Shown: positions 34,307-43,158 of the stretch, one piece after another
Layout of the letters: each line of letters begins with the position of its first letter
How positions within the stretch are numbered: position 1 is the stretch's first letter
NCBI GenBank assembly: GCA_002483465.1
Contig: DLHX01000018.1
Span: 5,285 to 69,284, forward strand
Reading direction: 5' to 3'
Origin: Micavibrio sp. UBA7657
Lineage (GTDB): Bacteria > Pseudomonadota > Alphaproteobacteria > Micavibrionales > Micavibrionaceae
DNA: 64,000 nt
Notes under the pieces: model-generated
What the model saw: the letters and a program-made list of their open reading frames with translations, nothing else
Told to the model about the DNA's origin: nothing
The model's database searches: none
Made by a program: the position numbers and the translations under genes

Positions 34307-35882
34307 CACACTCGGCCTTCTTTTGGTTTATGCCGCATGGCTTGCCTTCGCGACGAAGCGCACATCGACTTATCTCCATATCTACCAGCAGGAGGAATAT
34401 GACAGCGGGCGGTTCCTGCGCTGGATGGCGCGTAGTGGCGCCATCGACACGCGCTTTACGCTCGTCCTTCTCATCATCGACGCTTTCTGGCTGCTGTTTC
34501 CCTCGCCCTGGTACATTTTCCTGTTTTTCATAGCCTTTGCCGCCGCCGCCGTCCTTGAGGACGATCCGCGTCATGCCGCGAAAAAGAAACTTGTCCTCAC
34601 GCCGCGCGCACAGCGTATTCTGTTCCTGACGGTTGTGCTTTCCGCCCTGATGGCGACATGGTTCCTCGTCTTTTACTTCCCGTTCTTCTGGATTTTGAAC
34701 GTGCAACTCATCCCGTTCGTCATGCTGGTCGCCAATCTCGCACTCACGCCTTATGAGAATCACGTCCAGAAAAAATACTGGGATCAGGCGCACCGGAAAC
34801 TCGTCGATCTCAAGCCCGTCACGGTGGGTATTACCGGCTCGTTCGGCAAAACATCGGTTAAACATATCCTCGGCCATATCCTGAAAACCCACGCGCCGAC
34901 GCTCATTACACCGGGCAGCGTCAATAGCCCCATGGGCGTGACACGCATCATCCGCGAACAGCTCGAGGACAATCATAAATTCTTTGTCGTCGAGATGGGC
35001 GCTTACGGTCCCGGATCGATCGAACGCCTTTGTCGCCTTGCACCGCCAGACATGGGCATTATCACCGCCGTCGGCCATGCGCATTACGAGCGCTTCAAAA
35101 CCATTGAAACAGTTGCCAAGGCAAAATTCGAACTGGCTCAAGCCGTGCTCGATAAAAAAGGCAAAATTATCACGCACGAAAAACCGCTCGATATCGAATA
35201 CGCGAAAATTAAAACCCGCGAGAACCGCAGCAGCTTCATCATCGTCGGCGAAACGCCGGTAAGCGATGCGATCATTGAGCGCGCCGAACAATTGCCCGAG
35301 GGCCTGCGGGTTTTTATCCGCTGGAACGGCGATAGTTACAGACTGGAGGCGCCGCTTTACGGCCTGCACCACGCGCAGAACATGGCGCTGGCCTTTACTG
35401 CCGCCGTCACCTTGGGTATTCCCGCCGAAAACGCCGTCACCGCGCTCAAATCCGTGCCGCAGATCACGCACCGCCTTGAAGTCAAAAGACCCGGCGACGG
35501 CACGACGCTCATCGACGACGCCTTCAACTCCAACCCTGTCGGCTTCGCCTCGGCGCTCGACCTCCTGCCCGTGCTCGGACGGCAGGGCCGCAAAATCCTC
35601 ATCACGCCCGGCATGGTCGAGCTCGGTGAGGCACACGCTGAAGAGCATGAAAAAATTGGCAAGAAGGCTGGTGAAATCTGCGACGTCATTATCATCGTGC
35701 AGGGCAAGCGCATCCCGACCTTCATGGAGGGCGCGCGGGCGACCGGCAGCACGAAGACCTTCATCGAAGTCGATACGTTCCAGCAGGCGAATGCGTGGCT
35801 TGATCAAAACCGCAAGGACGGCGACGTGATTTTAATTGAAAATGATTTGCCGGATCTTTATGAGCGGAAACTGAAGATCTAG
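34290..35882 (+). CDS. MurF-family Mur ligase with an N-terminal polytopic membrane domain
   Basis: Residues 1-150 hold about four hydrophobic helices. Then come the Mur ligase P-loop GITGSFGKTS, GSVNSPMGV, VVEMGAYGPGSI, AVGHAHYERF, the C-domain DDAFNSNP and PGMVELGE. GGAGAG Shine-Dalgarno. The strand is opposite to the rest of the dcw cluster. Confidence 0.85.
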   Translation: MPVFASTLGLLLVYAAWLAFATKRTSTYLHIYQQEEYDSGRFLRWMARSGAIDTRFTLVLLIIDAFWLLFPSPWYIFLFFIAFAAAAVLEDDPRHAAKKKLVLTPRAQRILFLTVVLSALMATWFLVFYFPFFWILNVQLIPFVMLVANLALTPYENHVQKKYWDQAHRKLVDLKPVTVGITGSFGKTSVKHILGHILKTHAPTLITPGSVNSPMGVTRIIREQLEDNHKFFVVEMGAYGPGSIERLCRLAPPDMGIITAVGHAHYERFKTIETVAKAKFELAQAVLDKKGKIITHEKPLDIEYAKIKTRENRSSFIIVGETPVSDAIIERAEQLPEGLRVFIRWNGDSYRLEAPLYGLHHAQNMALAFTAAVTLGIPAENAVTALKSVPQITHRLEVKRPGDGTTLIDDAFNSNPVGFASALDLLPVLGRQGRKILITPGMVELGEAHAEEHEKIGKKAGEICDVIIIVQGKRIPTFMEGARATGSTKTFIEVDTFQQANAWLDQNRKDGDVILIENDLPDLYERKLKI

Positions 35883-36760
35883 CGCTCCCCAACAATATTA
35901 ATTTCCCAGCGCAGGTTGATGCCAAGCTGTTCCTTTGCGCGGCGGCGAATTTCCTCGCCGAGATTCTCTAAATCGGCTGCAGTAGCATCGCCCGTATTAA
36001 TCATAAAATTCGAATGCATCGGCGACATCTGTGCCCCGCCGATCTTCAATTCGTGACCGCCGACTTTCTGTACGATTTGCCATGCCTTCAATTCGCCGGA
36101 CGGATTGGCAAAAGTCGAGCCGCCGGTTTTCTCGCGAATAGGCTGCGTCTCGTTGCGCTTGGTTTTAATTTCATTCATCCGCGCCTTGACGGTTTCATAA
36201 TCCTCACGCCTGCCCTTGAAAATCGCGCTCGTAAAAACCGCGCCTTTTGGCGGGTCGGTGTGGCGATAGGTCATGTGCAAATCTTCCGGCACAAATTTTT
36301 TGATCTCACCCTGCCGCGTCACGGCGTTGATTCCGGTTAAAACATCCTTCACTTCCGTGCCGTATGCGCCAGCATTCATGCGCAGCGCGCCGCCGACGCA
36401 TCCCGGGATGCCCGATAAAAATTCCAGCCCGCCGATGCCTGCTTTCACCGCCGCCGCTGCAACCGATCCGTTCAGCGCGCCCGCGCCCGCCTCGATATAA
36501 TCGCCAAGGACTTTAATCTCCGAAAATTCCTTGCCGAGCTGGATGGTCAAGCCGCGAATGCCGCCGTCGCGGATGATGGTGTTGGCGAGCCCGCCGAGCA
36601 CGGTCACTTCACCGTCATGCTCTTTCAAAAATTGCGCGAGTTCATCGGCGTGAGCCGGGCGCAACAACTGGTCCGCATTGCCGCCGCAGCCGAACCAGCT
36701 TTCTTTGCCGAGGGGAAAATTTTCAAGAACCTGACCAAGCATCTGCTCTTTATTCATCAT
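35879..36760 (-). CDS. murB: UDP-N-acetylenolpyruvoylglucosamine reductase
   Basis: MurB FAD-binding and C-terminal motifs (..WFGCGGNAD.., GGLANTIIRDGG, GSTFANP). The ATG at 36760 is preferred; the track's 36832 start would overlap the upstream ORF by 83 nt. Confidence 0.9.
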   Translation of the reverse strand: MMNKEQMLGQVLENFPLGKESWFGCGGNADQLLRPAHADELAQFLKEHDGEVTVLGGLANTIIRDGGIRGLTIQLGKEFSEIKVLGDYIEAGAGALNGSVAAAAVKAGIGGLEFLSGIPGCVGGALRMNAGAYGTEVKDVLTGINAVTRQGEIKKFVPEDLHMTYRHTDPPKGAVFTSAIFKGRREDYETVKARMNEIKTKRNETQPIREKTGGSTFANPSGELKAWQIVQKVGGHELKIGGAQMSPMHSNFMINTGDATAADLENLGEEIRRRAKEQLGINLRWEINIVGER

Positions 36761-37199
36761 TGATGACTGCATATTCACCATCGAGTGTGAAATTGGCGTT
36801 TTCTTTAAGAGTGCAATCGTTTTTATACCCACTCTTTAAATGTGGCCTTAAGCCTTTCTTCTCAATTTTTATAACTATTTTATTTTTTATGAAAGCAAAA
36901 GCCCACAATCCATCATCATCCACATTAGGCAATTTATTTTCAAAATCCCCTAAATAAGATTGCGAATTCTTAATGATTTCCTCAGGATCTGAATAAGGGG
37001 ATAAAATACAAACTGTATCCCAATCATAATTTGTAACTTCGGCCAGATACACTTTTGAGGAAGATTTAAATTTTTCGTTCGTTTTATTCCAAAAACTATT
37101 CGTTAGTTCTGAAATTATAATGGAAAGAAAAAATCCGGCAATCATTAAACAAGGAACACCAAACAATATTCCAAATAGCCATAGAAAAAAAATTCTCAT
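36750..37199 (-). CDS. hypothetical membrane-anchored protein (AT-rich insertion)
   Basis: N-terminal hydrophobic anchor FFLWLFGILFGVPCLMIAGFFLSIII plus a roughly 115-aa soluble domain. Two sampled lines are 28% and 35% G+C. The start shares a base with the murC stop (TAATG). Confidence 0.6.
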   Translation of the reverse strand: MRIFFLWLFGILFGVPCLMIAGFFLSIIISELTNSFWNKTNEKFKSSSKVYLAEVTNYDWDTVCILSPYSDPEEIIKNSQSYLGDFENKLPNVDDDGLWAFAFIKNKIVIKIEKKGLRPHLKSGYKNDCTLKENANFTLDGEYAVINDE

Positions 37200-38641
37200 T
37201 ACGCCGCGTTGCCTTTGGAACGAGCGAAAAGCGGCTCAAGCTCGCCGGGGAGCGCGTAGGCCCAATAGGTGATATCCCCCGCCCCTAAACAAATCACGTA
37301 ATCGCCCGGCTGCGCCATTGACGCCACGCGCCGCGCGAGCTCTTCCTTGCCGGAAAGCGGCAACACATGACGGTGGCCGTGTTTTCTAATGCCTTCAATC
37401 AGCGAATCCCGGCTCGCGCCGTCAATCGGCTGCTCGCCCGCCGTATACACATCGGCGACGATCACGCTGTCCGCTTCATTAAAACAGGTGCAGAAATCCT
37501 CGAACAAATCATGGAGCCTCGTAAATCTGTGCGGCTGCATGACGGCGATCACGCGCCCGCCATTTTCCGCCACCATCATACGCGCGGTTTTTAAAACCGT
37601 TTCAATTTCCACCGGGTGATGCGCGTAATCGTCAATCACCGTCACGCCCGCCGCCTCGCCGGTTTTCGTGAAACGGCGTTTGACGCCCGTAAACCCGGCC
37701 AACGCTTTTTTCATCACCGGCGGCGCCACCTGCATCTCGCAGGCAATCGCCAGCGCAACGAGCGAATTCTGCACATTATGATGTCCCGGCATCGGCAGAT
37801 GCACATCCTTCAGAACCAATTCCTTATTTTTGTTCAGCCTTGGCGCAAAGGTCACATCGAATAAACTTCCATTCGCACCGCTGCGGATATTCGACGCGTG
37901 CACATCGGCTTGCGGGTTGAAACCGTATGTAATCACTTTACGGTCCTGGATCGTGGGAATGAGCGCCTGCACTTCCGGGTGGTCCATGCACAAAACCGCA
38001 TAACCATAGAAGGGAATGTTATGAATGAACTGGCGGTAGGCTTCCTTCACCTTCTCGAAATCACCGTAATGGTCAAGGTGTTCGGGGTCGATGTTCGTCA
38101 CCACCGCAACCGTCGCCGGCAAATGTGTGAAGGTACCGTCGCTCTCGTCGGCCTCCACCACCATCCACTCGCTTTTGCCGAGGCGGATGTTGTTGCCGTA
38201 GGCATTAACGATGCCGCCATTGATGACGGTCGGATCGAACCCTGCGATTTCCATCATCTGGCCGACCATCGATGTCGTCGTCGTTTTTCCGTGCGTGCCC
38301 GCCACCGCGACCGCTGATTTCAATCTCATCAGTTCCGCCAGCATCTCGGCGCGGCGCACGATGGGAATATTTTTTGCGCGCGCAGCCTTCAATTCTGGAT
38401 TGTCGTTTTTTACGGCGGAGGAAATCACCACGGCGGTGACGTCGCCGATATTCTTCGCGTCATGGCCGATGAAAATTTTAATGCCGCGCTCTTTTAATCT
38501 TTTAACATTTGCGCTCTCGGATAGATCCGACCCCTGCACCGCGTAACCAAGCACGGATAAAATCTCGGCAATCCCGCTCATGCCGATGCCGCCGATGCCG
38601 ACGAAATGCAATGTGCCGATGTCTTCGGGCAAGCCCTTCAT
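37199..38641 (-). CDS. murC: UDP-N-acetylmuramate--L-alanine ligase
   Basis: [33 protein letters not shown] Shine-Dalgarno. Confidence 0.96.
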   Translation of the reverse strand: MKGLPEDIGTLHFVGIGGIGMSGIAEILSVLGYAVQGSDLSESANVKRLKERGIKIFIGHDAKNIGDVTAVVISSAVKNDNPELKAARAKNIPIVRRAEMLAELMRLKSAVAVAGTHGKTTTTSMVGQMMEIAGFDPTVINGGIVNAYGNNIRLGKSEWMVVEADESDGTFTHLPATVAVVTNIDPEHLDHYGDFEKVKEAYRQFIHNIPFYGYAVLCMDHPEVQALIPTIQDRKVITYGFNPQADVHASNIRSGANGSLFDVTFAPRLNKNKELVLKDVHLPMPGHHNVQNSLVALAIACEMQVAPPVMKKALAGFTGVKRRFTKTGEAAGVTVIDDYAHHPVEIETVLKTARMMVAENGGRVIAVMQPHRFTRLHDLFEDFCTCFNEADSVIVADVYTAGEQPIDGASRDSLIEGIRKHGHRHVLPLSGKEELARRVASMAQPGDYVICLGAGDITYWAYALPGELEPLFARSKGNAA

Positions 38642-38675
38642 GGAGATTCCTTATTGCCTCTAAAATTCCTTTACT

Positions 38676-38700
38676 GTCACCCCCGCGAAGGCGGGGGTCC
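38676..38700. repeat. REP-like hairpin GTCACCCCCGC-GAAG-GCGGGGGTCC
   Basis: 7-bp G/C stem with a 4-nt loop. Exact (25/25) reverse complement of 53173-53197 inside ileS. Confidence 0.85.
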
Positions 38701-38707
38701 GGCAAAG

Positions 38708-39454
38708 TTACATAAATTTGCGCTTTTTGAAAACCCGAACATCCAAAGCTGTAAGATTAAACCACTCACCATTGAGATGTTTATCTTTGAATCTGTTATG
38801 CCAGTAAGTTTCTATTCCACTCGGATCATCTGTGCGTATGCTATGAATAGGTTCAATTTTTTCAGGCAATTGTATGCCAATCTCGTACTGGCGCCGATCA
38901 AGTGCCTTAGTACACCCAATTTTATAATTCTTTCCTGATTTCATAAGATAAACAAAACCAAAATCTTCCTGATCCCTAAAATCCTCAACATCCTCTTCTA
39001 CTGAAGTGGTATGCCCTGTTATTAGAGGCTCACAAATTTCTAATATGTCTTGGTACTCGTCAGGAGTTTGACGACAAAAATTCTTTACCGCCTCTATCAT
39101 GCTCTTTTTTTTGCCGAGGTTTTTAGCGAAGGTAGCGTAATCGGGAAAATGTTCATTACGAGCAGATTCTCGTTTGAATTCCACCTTCATAGGAAAATGG
39201 CCTAATGTTCTGATGAATGTAATAAGTTTTTCAATAAGAATATCTTGGCCATACGCTCCTTGAAATTGATTGGGCGTATAACCAGCTTCTGCCTGAACAT
39301 CGCTCCAACGATTCCAATCATTCCAAGCTTTTCCCAACCAATCATCTCGCTTGATGCCGGTAGCCTGAAAGAATTGGCCCATTCCTAAAGGCTTGCCACC
39401 ATTTTTTTCAGCGGTTCTTTTGATTTCGCTCAGAATGTGCTGTTTTTTATCCAT
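38708..39454 (-). CDS. GIY-YIG superfamily (T5orf172/MUG113-like) nuclease with two N-terminal homing-endonuclease-associated repeats
   Basis: C-terminus GFVYLMKSGKNYKIGCT..LDRRQYE...IHSIRTDD....E..WHNRFKDKHLNGEWFNL. The N-terminal half is two roughly 55-aa repeats (ILSEIKRTAEKNGGKPL..W..W......AGY and ILIEKLITFIRTLGHFPM...F). Two sampled lines are 33% and 38% G+C. Confidence 0.75.
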   Translation of the reverse strand: MDKKQHILSEIKRTAEKNGGKPLGMGQFFQATGIKRDDWLGKAWNDWNRWSDVQAEAGYTPNQFQGAYGQDILIEKLITFIRTLGHFPMKVEFKRESARNEHFPDYATFAKNLGKKKSMIEAVKNFCRQTPDEYQDILEICEPLITGHTTSVEEDVEDFRDQEDFGFVYLMKSGKNYKIGCTKALDRRQYEIGIQLPEKIEPIHSIRTDDPSGIETYWHNRFKDKHLNGEWFNLTALDVRVFKKRKFM

Positions 39455-39503
39455 CGCCGGAATATAGCATTATGGATAAAAATCTCAAATCTCTTAAATT
39501 GCC

Positions 39504-39528
39504 GGATGCCCGCCTGCGCGGGCATGAC
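39504..39528. repeat. REP-like hairpin GGATGCCCGC-CTGC-GCGGGCATGAC
   Basis: 8-bp stem ATGCCCGC/GCGGGCAT with a 4-nt loop. Same GGA..../....TGAC termini as the other copies, inverted relative to 38676-38700. Confidence 0.8.
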
Positions 39529-39556
39529 AATTATTGCACTTTAACGATTAAAGGGA

Positions 39557-40663
39557 TCAATCCCCCCAGCCACTCACCATCGCGGTGACCAGGTTGCCGA
39601 GCTTGCGCGCGGCGTCCGGTTTCCCGCAGCTTCTCGATTTTTCGGCCGCCCGGAAGAGAATGGAGGGATTTTGCAGGAAAGTCTCGATTCTTGCAAGCAG
39701 GGCCTCGGTGGTGAAACCGCCCTCTGCCATGACCCAAGCCCCGCCTGCATCGGCCACGGTTTCGGCATTCATTTTCTGCTGCTGGTCCTTATGATGTGGA
39801 TACGGCACGAAAATTGCCGGGCGGCCCGCCGTGGTGACTTCGGCCACCGTGCTGGCGCCCGAGCGGCCTATAATAAGGTGGGCTTTGGACAATTCCCCAG
39901 CCACATCGTCGAAGAATGACCTCAGATCGCACTTGATGCCCGCAACTTCGTATGTCCGGCGCACGGATTCAAGATCGTCATTCCGGCATTGCTGCACGAC
40001 ATATAGACGTTGACGGTATTCGGCTGAAAGTTTTGCCAGAGTCTGCGGCACGATATCGCTGAATACTTTTGCGCCCAGCGATCCGCCCATGACAAATATC
40101 CTGAGCGGCGTTTCGTGACCGAGATTGGGATAAGGCTGGGTGTAGAGCGCCGCGATGTCGGGACGTACCGGGTTGCCGGTGACAACCGAGCGCATGCGTT
40201 CGCTGTCATCCAACCCCTGAACCACGGGCAGCGAGAGCGCGATGCGCGCCGCCTTGCGCGCAAGGAATGCATTCGCATTACCGATGATGGCGTTCTGCTC
40301 ATGGATAATTGTTGGCACGCCCATTTTCTGCGCGGCATAAACCGCCGGGACAGATGGATAGCCGCCGAAACCGACCACCAGTTTCGGTTTCAGTTTCATA
40401 ATCAGCATCAGCGCCTGCCCGAACCCCATACCGAGATTGGCCGCACCCTTGATCTTGCCCATCGCGCCCGCCCCGAACGTACCGGAGCGCAGGACATGCG
40501 CGGGAATTTCACCGAACATATGCTGGTATTTCATGCCGCGCTCATCTGTAGCCAGTTCGATGCGGAACCCCCGCGATCGAAGGTCTTCCGCAAGCGCCTG
40601 CGCGGGCGTCATATGCCCACCCGTGCCGCCACTGCTGAGAAGAATGAGATTATCCTGTTTCAT
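39557..40663 (-). CDS. murG: undecaprenyldiphospho-muramoylpentapeptide beta-N-acetylglucosaminyltransferase
   Basis: GGTGGHMTPAQALA and the C-terminal GASTVAE motif. Confidence 0.95.
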   Translation of the reverse strand: MKQDNLILLSSGGTGGHMTPAQALAEDLRSRGFRIELATDERGMKYQHMFGEIPAHVLRSGTFGAGAMGKIKGAANLGMGFGQALMLIMKLKPKLVVGFGGYPSVPAVYAAQKMGVPTIIHEQNAIIGNANAFLARKAARIALSLPVVQGLDDSERMRSVVTGNPVRPDIAALYTQPYPNLGHETPLRIFVMGGSLGAKVFSDIVPQTLAKLSAEYRQRLYVVQQCRNDDLESVRRTYEVAGIKCDLRSFFDDVAGELSKAHLIIGRSGASTVAEVTTAGRPAIFVPYPHHKDQQQKMNAETVADAGGAWVMAEGGFTTEALLARIETFLQNPSILFRAAEKSRSCGKPDAARKLGNLVTAMVSGWGD

Positions 40664-41832
40664 GGCTGGTTCCCTGCCTCCAGAACACGCGCTTTTGATG
40701 ACATGCCTGCACGCGCGACGCTGCCCCGCGCCTGACGACGTGTCAATGCAAGCACCGCGCCCATTGAAAATCCGAGCGAGAGAATGGACGAGCCGCCGTA
40801 ACTGATGAAAGGCAGAGTCATGCCTTTCGCTGGCAGAATATTCATCGCCGAGCCCATATGCACCAGCGCCTGCAAACCGAACATCGTCAGCAAACCGCCG
40901 ACCGCCAGCACCGCGAACATATTGTCACTGGTCGTCAGGCGGTTAAGACCGCGCCACATGATAAATCCGAAAACCGCTATGATGATCAATACGAACCACA
41001 ATCCCATTTCCTCGCCCGCGACGGAAAAAATAAAATCGGCGTGTGCATCTGGTAAACCGCTTTTGACCGTACCCTGTCCCGGGCCGGTGCCTGCGATGCC
41101 GCCGTTCTGGAAGGCTTCCAGCGAGCGATCCACTTGATAGTTGTCGCCGCTTTCTGGTTTGAAGAATCTATCGACGCGGTAACGCACGTGTTCGAAGAAG
41201 AGATAAGCGCATCCCAAGCATGCCGCGCCGATAGCGCTAAAAATCGCGAGGATGCGGAAGCGAAAACCGGCGAGGAAAATCTGCGACGCCCAGATGCAGG
41301 TAACAACAATCGTCATACCGAGATCGGGCTGCAGCATCAATAATCCCACCGTCAGGAAGCAAAGGCCTGCCGCGATAAGGTTGCCCGGGAATTTCGCGTT
41401 CTCCTTCTGCCGCGACATGAACCATGCCGCGACAATGGCGAAAGACGGCTTCGCGAGCTCGCTGGGCTGTAGCGAAAAACCAAACAGATGAATCCAGCGC
41501 TGCGCGCCCTTGATCTCCACCCCGTGAAACAGCACGACGATCATAGCCGCAAGACTGGCAATGAATAGAATACTTGCCGCGCGCCAGATCATGCGCGGAC
41601 TGAGCATAGAAATACCCATCAGCAAGCCAAGCGCAGGCAGCAGCATCATGAGATGGCGTTTGAGGAAATGGTATGAATTGAGGCCAAGTGTTTCCGCGAC
41701 CGGCGGGCTCGCCGTACTGACCAGCACAATGCCGAAAACAATCAGCAGGATAAACGCCGCGAGCAGGCCGCGATCCACCGTCCACCACCAGCGGCCAAGG
41801 AAAGACGTATCCGTTCTTGAGAACATGCTCAT
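40660..41832 (-). CDS. ftsW: SEDS lipid II flippase/polymerase FtsW
   Basis: FtsW/RodA family protein between murD and murG. Confidence 0.93.
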   Translation of the reverse strand: MSMFSRTDTSFLGRWWWTVDRGLLAAFILLIVFGIVLVSTASPPVAETLGLNSYHFLKRHLMMLLPALGLLMGISMLSPRMIWRAASILFIASLAAMIVVLFHGVEIKGAQRWIHLFGFSLQPSELAKPSFAIVAAWFMSRQKENAKFPGNLIAAGLCFLTVGLLMLQPDLGMTIVVTCIWASQIFLAGFRFRILAIFSAIGAACLGCAYLFFEHVRYRVDRFFKPESGDNYQVDRSLEAFQNGGIAGTGPGQGTVKSGLPDAHADFIFSVAGEEMGLWFVLIIIAVFGFIMWRGLNRLTTSDNMFAVLAVGGLLTMFGLQALVHMGSAMNILPAKGMTLPFISYGGSSILSLGFSMGAVLALTRRQARGSVARAGMSSKARVLEAGNQP

Positions 41833-43148
41833 GCCGCCGCACTCTCCTCAAGGCCATTTACAATATTTGTAAAAACATCGCCACGTTCCTCGTAAGACGA
41901 AAACTGGTCGAACGACGCGCAGGCAGGCGCCAGCAGAACCGTCGCAGGCGCATTTTTCTGCGCGGCCACATGCGCCGCGCGCACGGCTGCATCCAGCGTT
42001 TTGTTTTTATGATGCGTAACATTGTTCTTTTGCATCCACGCAGCGAAGTCATCCATCGCTTCGCCGATCAGGAATGATTCCCGCACGCGCCCCGCCAGCT
42101 TCTCAAGCCCGCTCAGCCCGCCCTCTTTCGGCCTGCCCCCGGCGATCCAGTAAATATTGTCGTAGCTGGCCAATGCTTTCGATGCCGCCCCGGCGTTCGT
42201 CGCCTTGCTGTCATTAATATATGTAACATTATTAATAGTGCGCACCGGGAACTGGCGGTGCGGCAGGCCGGGAAAAGTCCGCATTCCAGCAAAAATCTCT
42301 TCTTCTGACAATGCCGCCGCGCTGCAGGCATGATAAGCAGCAATTGCGTTCTGCAGGTTGTGTTCACCCTTCAGCATCATATTGTCTTTAATTTTTTCAA
42401 CCTCGTCTTTCACCGAAAATGGAATGACGAGACGATGGCCCGCAGCCTTGAGCTGCTTCATGATTTTGCTTGAAGGATCATCATCGGAGCTAATGATAGC
42501 CACACCCTGTCCCTCAAACATTCGTGCTTTGGCTGCGGCGTAATTATCAAGATTGCCGTGGCGATCAATATGATCGGGCGTAATGTTCAGCAGCACAGAA
42601 ATTTCGGGACGGAATTTCGGACACAGATCAAGCTGGTAGGACGAGAGCTCCAGCACCACGAATGGCTTGTTTTTAATTTCAAGATCAAACACCGGCACGC
42701 CGATATTGCCTCCCATCACGGCCGGTCGTCCGCTTGTTTTAATAATGTGATGAATGAGCGCCGTCGTCGTCGATTTTCCGTTCGTGCCAGTAACCCCGAT
42801 CGTGCGGATATTGTCGTAGACGCGGGCAAACAGCTCGACATCGCAAATCACCTCTGTACCTGCAACCCTCGCAGCCTTTACCACGGAATGCGGCGCGGGG
42901 TGATTAAGCGGCACGCCGGGTGCTAATAATAAAAACGCGCATGGTTTTAAATTCGCCTCGTAAAGCTGCTCAATGGTCGCGCCAAGCGCGGCGGCTTTGC
43001 CCTGCGCCTTTTCATCGTCGTCCCAGGCGATGATCTCTGCGTCCACGCTTTTCAGCGCCCGTATAGTCGACAGGCCTGAGCGCGCAAGACCGAAGACCGC
43101 AATCGGGCGGCCTTTCAGTGTTTGCAGATACGCGGCAAGTTCTTTCAT
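41829..43148 (-). CDS. murD: UDP-N-acetylmuramoylalanine--D-glutamate ligase
   Basis: VFGLARSG N-terminal Rossmann fold, GVTGTNGKSTT. Confidence 0.94.
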   Translation of the reverse strand: MKELAAYLQTLKGRPIAVFGLARSGLSTIRALKSVDAEIIAWDDDEKAQGKAAALGATIEQLYEANLKPCAFLLLAPGVPLNHPAPHSVVKAARVAGTEVICDVELFARVYDNIRTIGVTGTNGKSTTTALIHHIIKTSGRPAVMGGNIGVPVFDLEIKNKPFVVLELSSYQLDLCPKFRPEISVLLNITPDHIDRHGNLDNYAAAKARMFEGQGVAIISSDDDPSSKIMKQLKAAGHRLVIPFSVKDEVEKIKDNMMLKGEHNLQNAIAAYHACSAAALSEEEIFAGMRTFPGLPHRQFPVRTINNVTYINDSKATNAGAASKALASYDNIYWIAGGRPKEGGLSGLEKLAGRVRESFLIGEAMDDFAAWMQKNNVTHHKNKTLDAAVRAAHVAAQKNAPATVLLAPACASFDQFSSYEERGDVFTNIVNGLEESAAA

Positions 43149-43158
43149 TATGATTTAT

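Larger units (their letters stand above)
38676..39528 (-). mobile_element. candidate mobile cassette: GIY-YIG/T5orf172 gene bounded by inverted REP-like hairpins
   Basis: AT-rich 853-bp block interrupting the normally contiguous murG-murC junction. Its terminal hairpins have the same architecture in opposite orientation. Confidence 0.4.

Noticed and set aside
34275-35807. 510-aa ORF on the minus strand spanning almost the whole MurF-like ligase gene
   Set aside because: The plus-strand frame carries unambiguous Mur ligase motifs and a good Shine-Dalgarno. The antisense translation is low-complexity and Arg/Asp/Glu/Gly-rich with no recognisable motif. This is a typical stop-poor shadow frame of a G+C-rich gene.
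36761-36832. 24-codon N-terminal extension of murB overlapping the 149-aa ORF
   Set aside because: It lies in the AT-rich insert and is not MurB-like. The ATG at 36760 gives a family-typical N-terminus.
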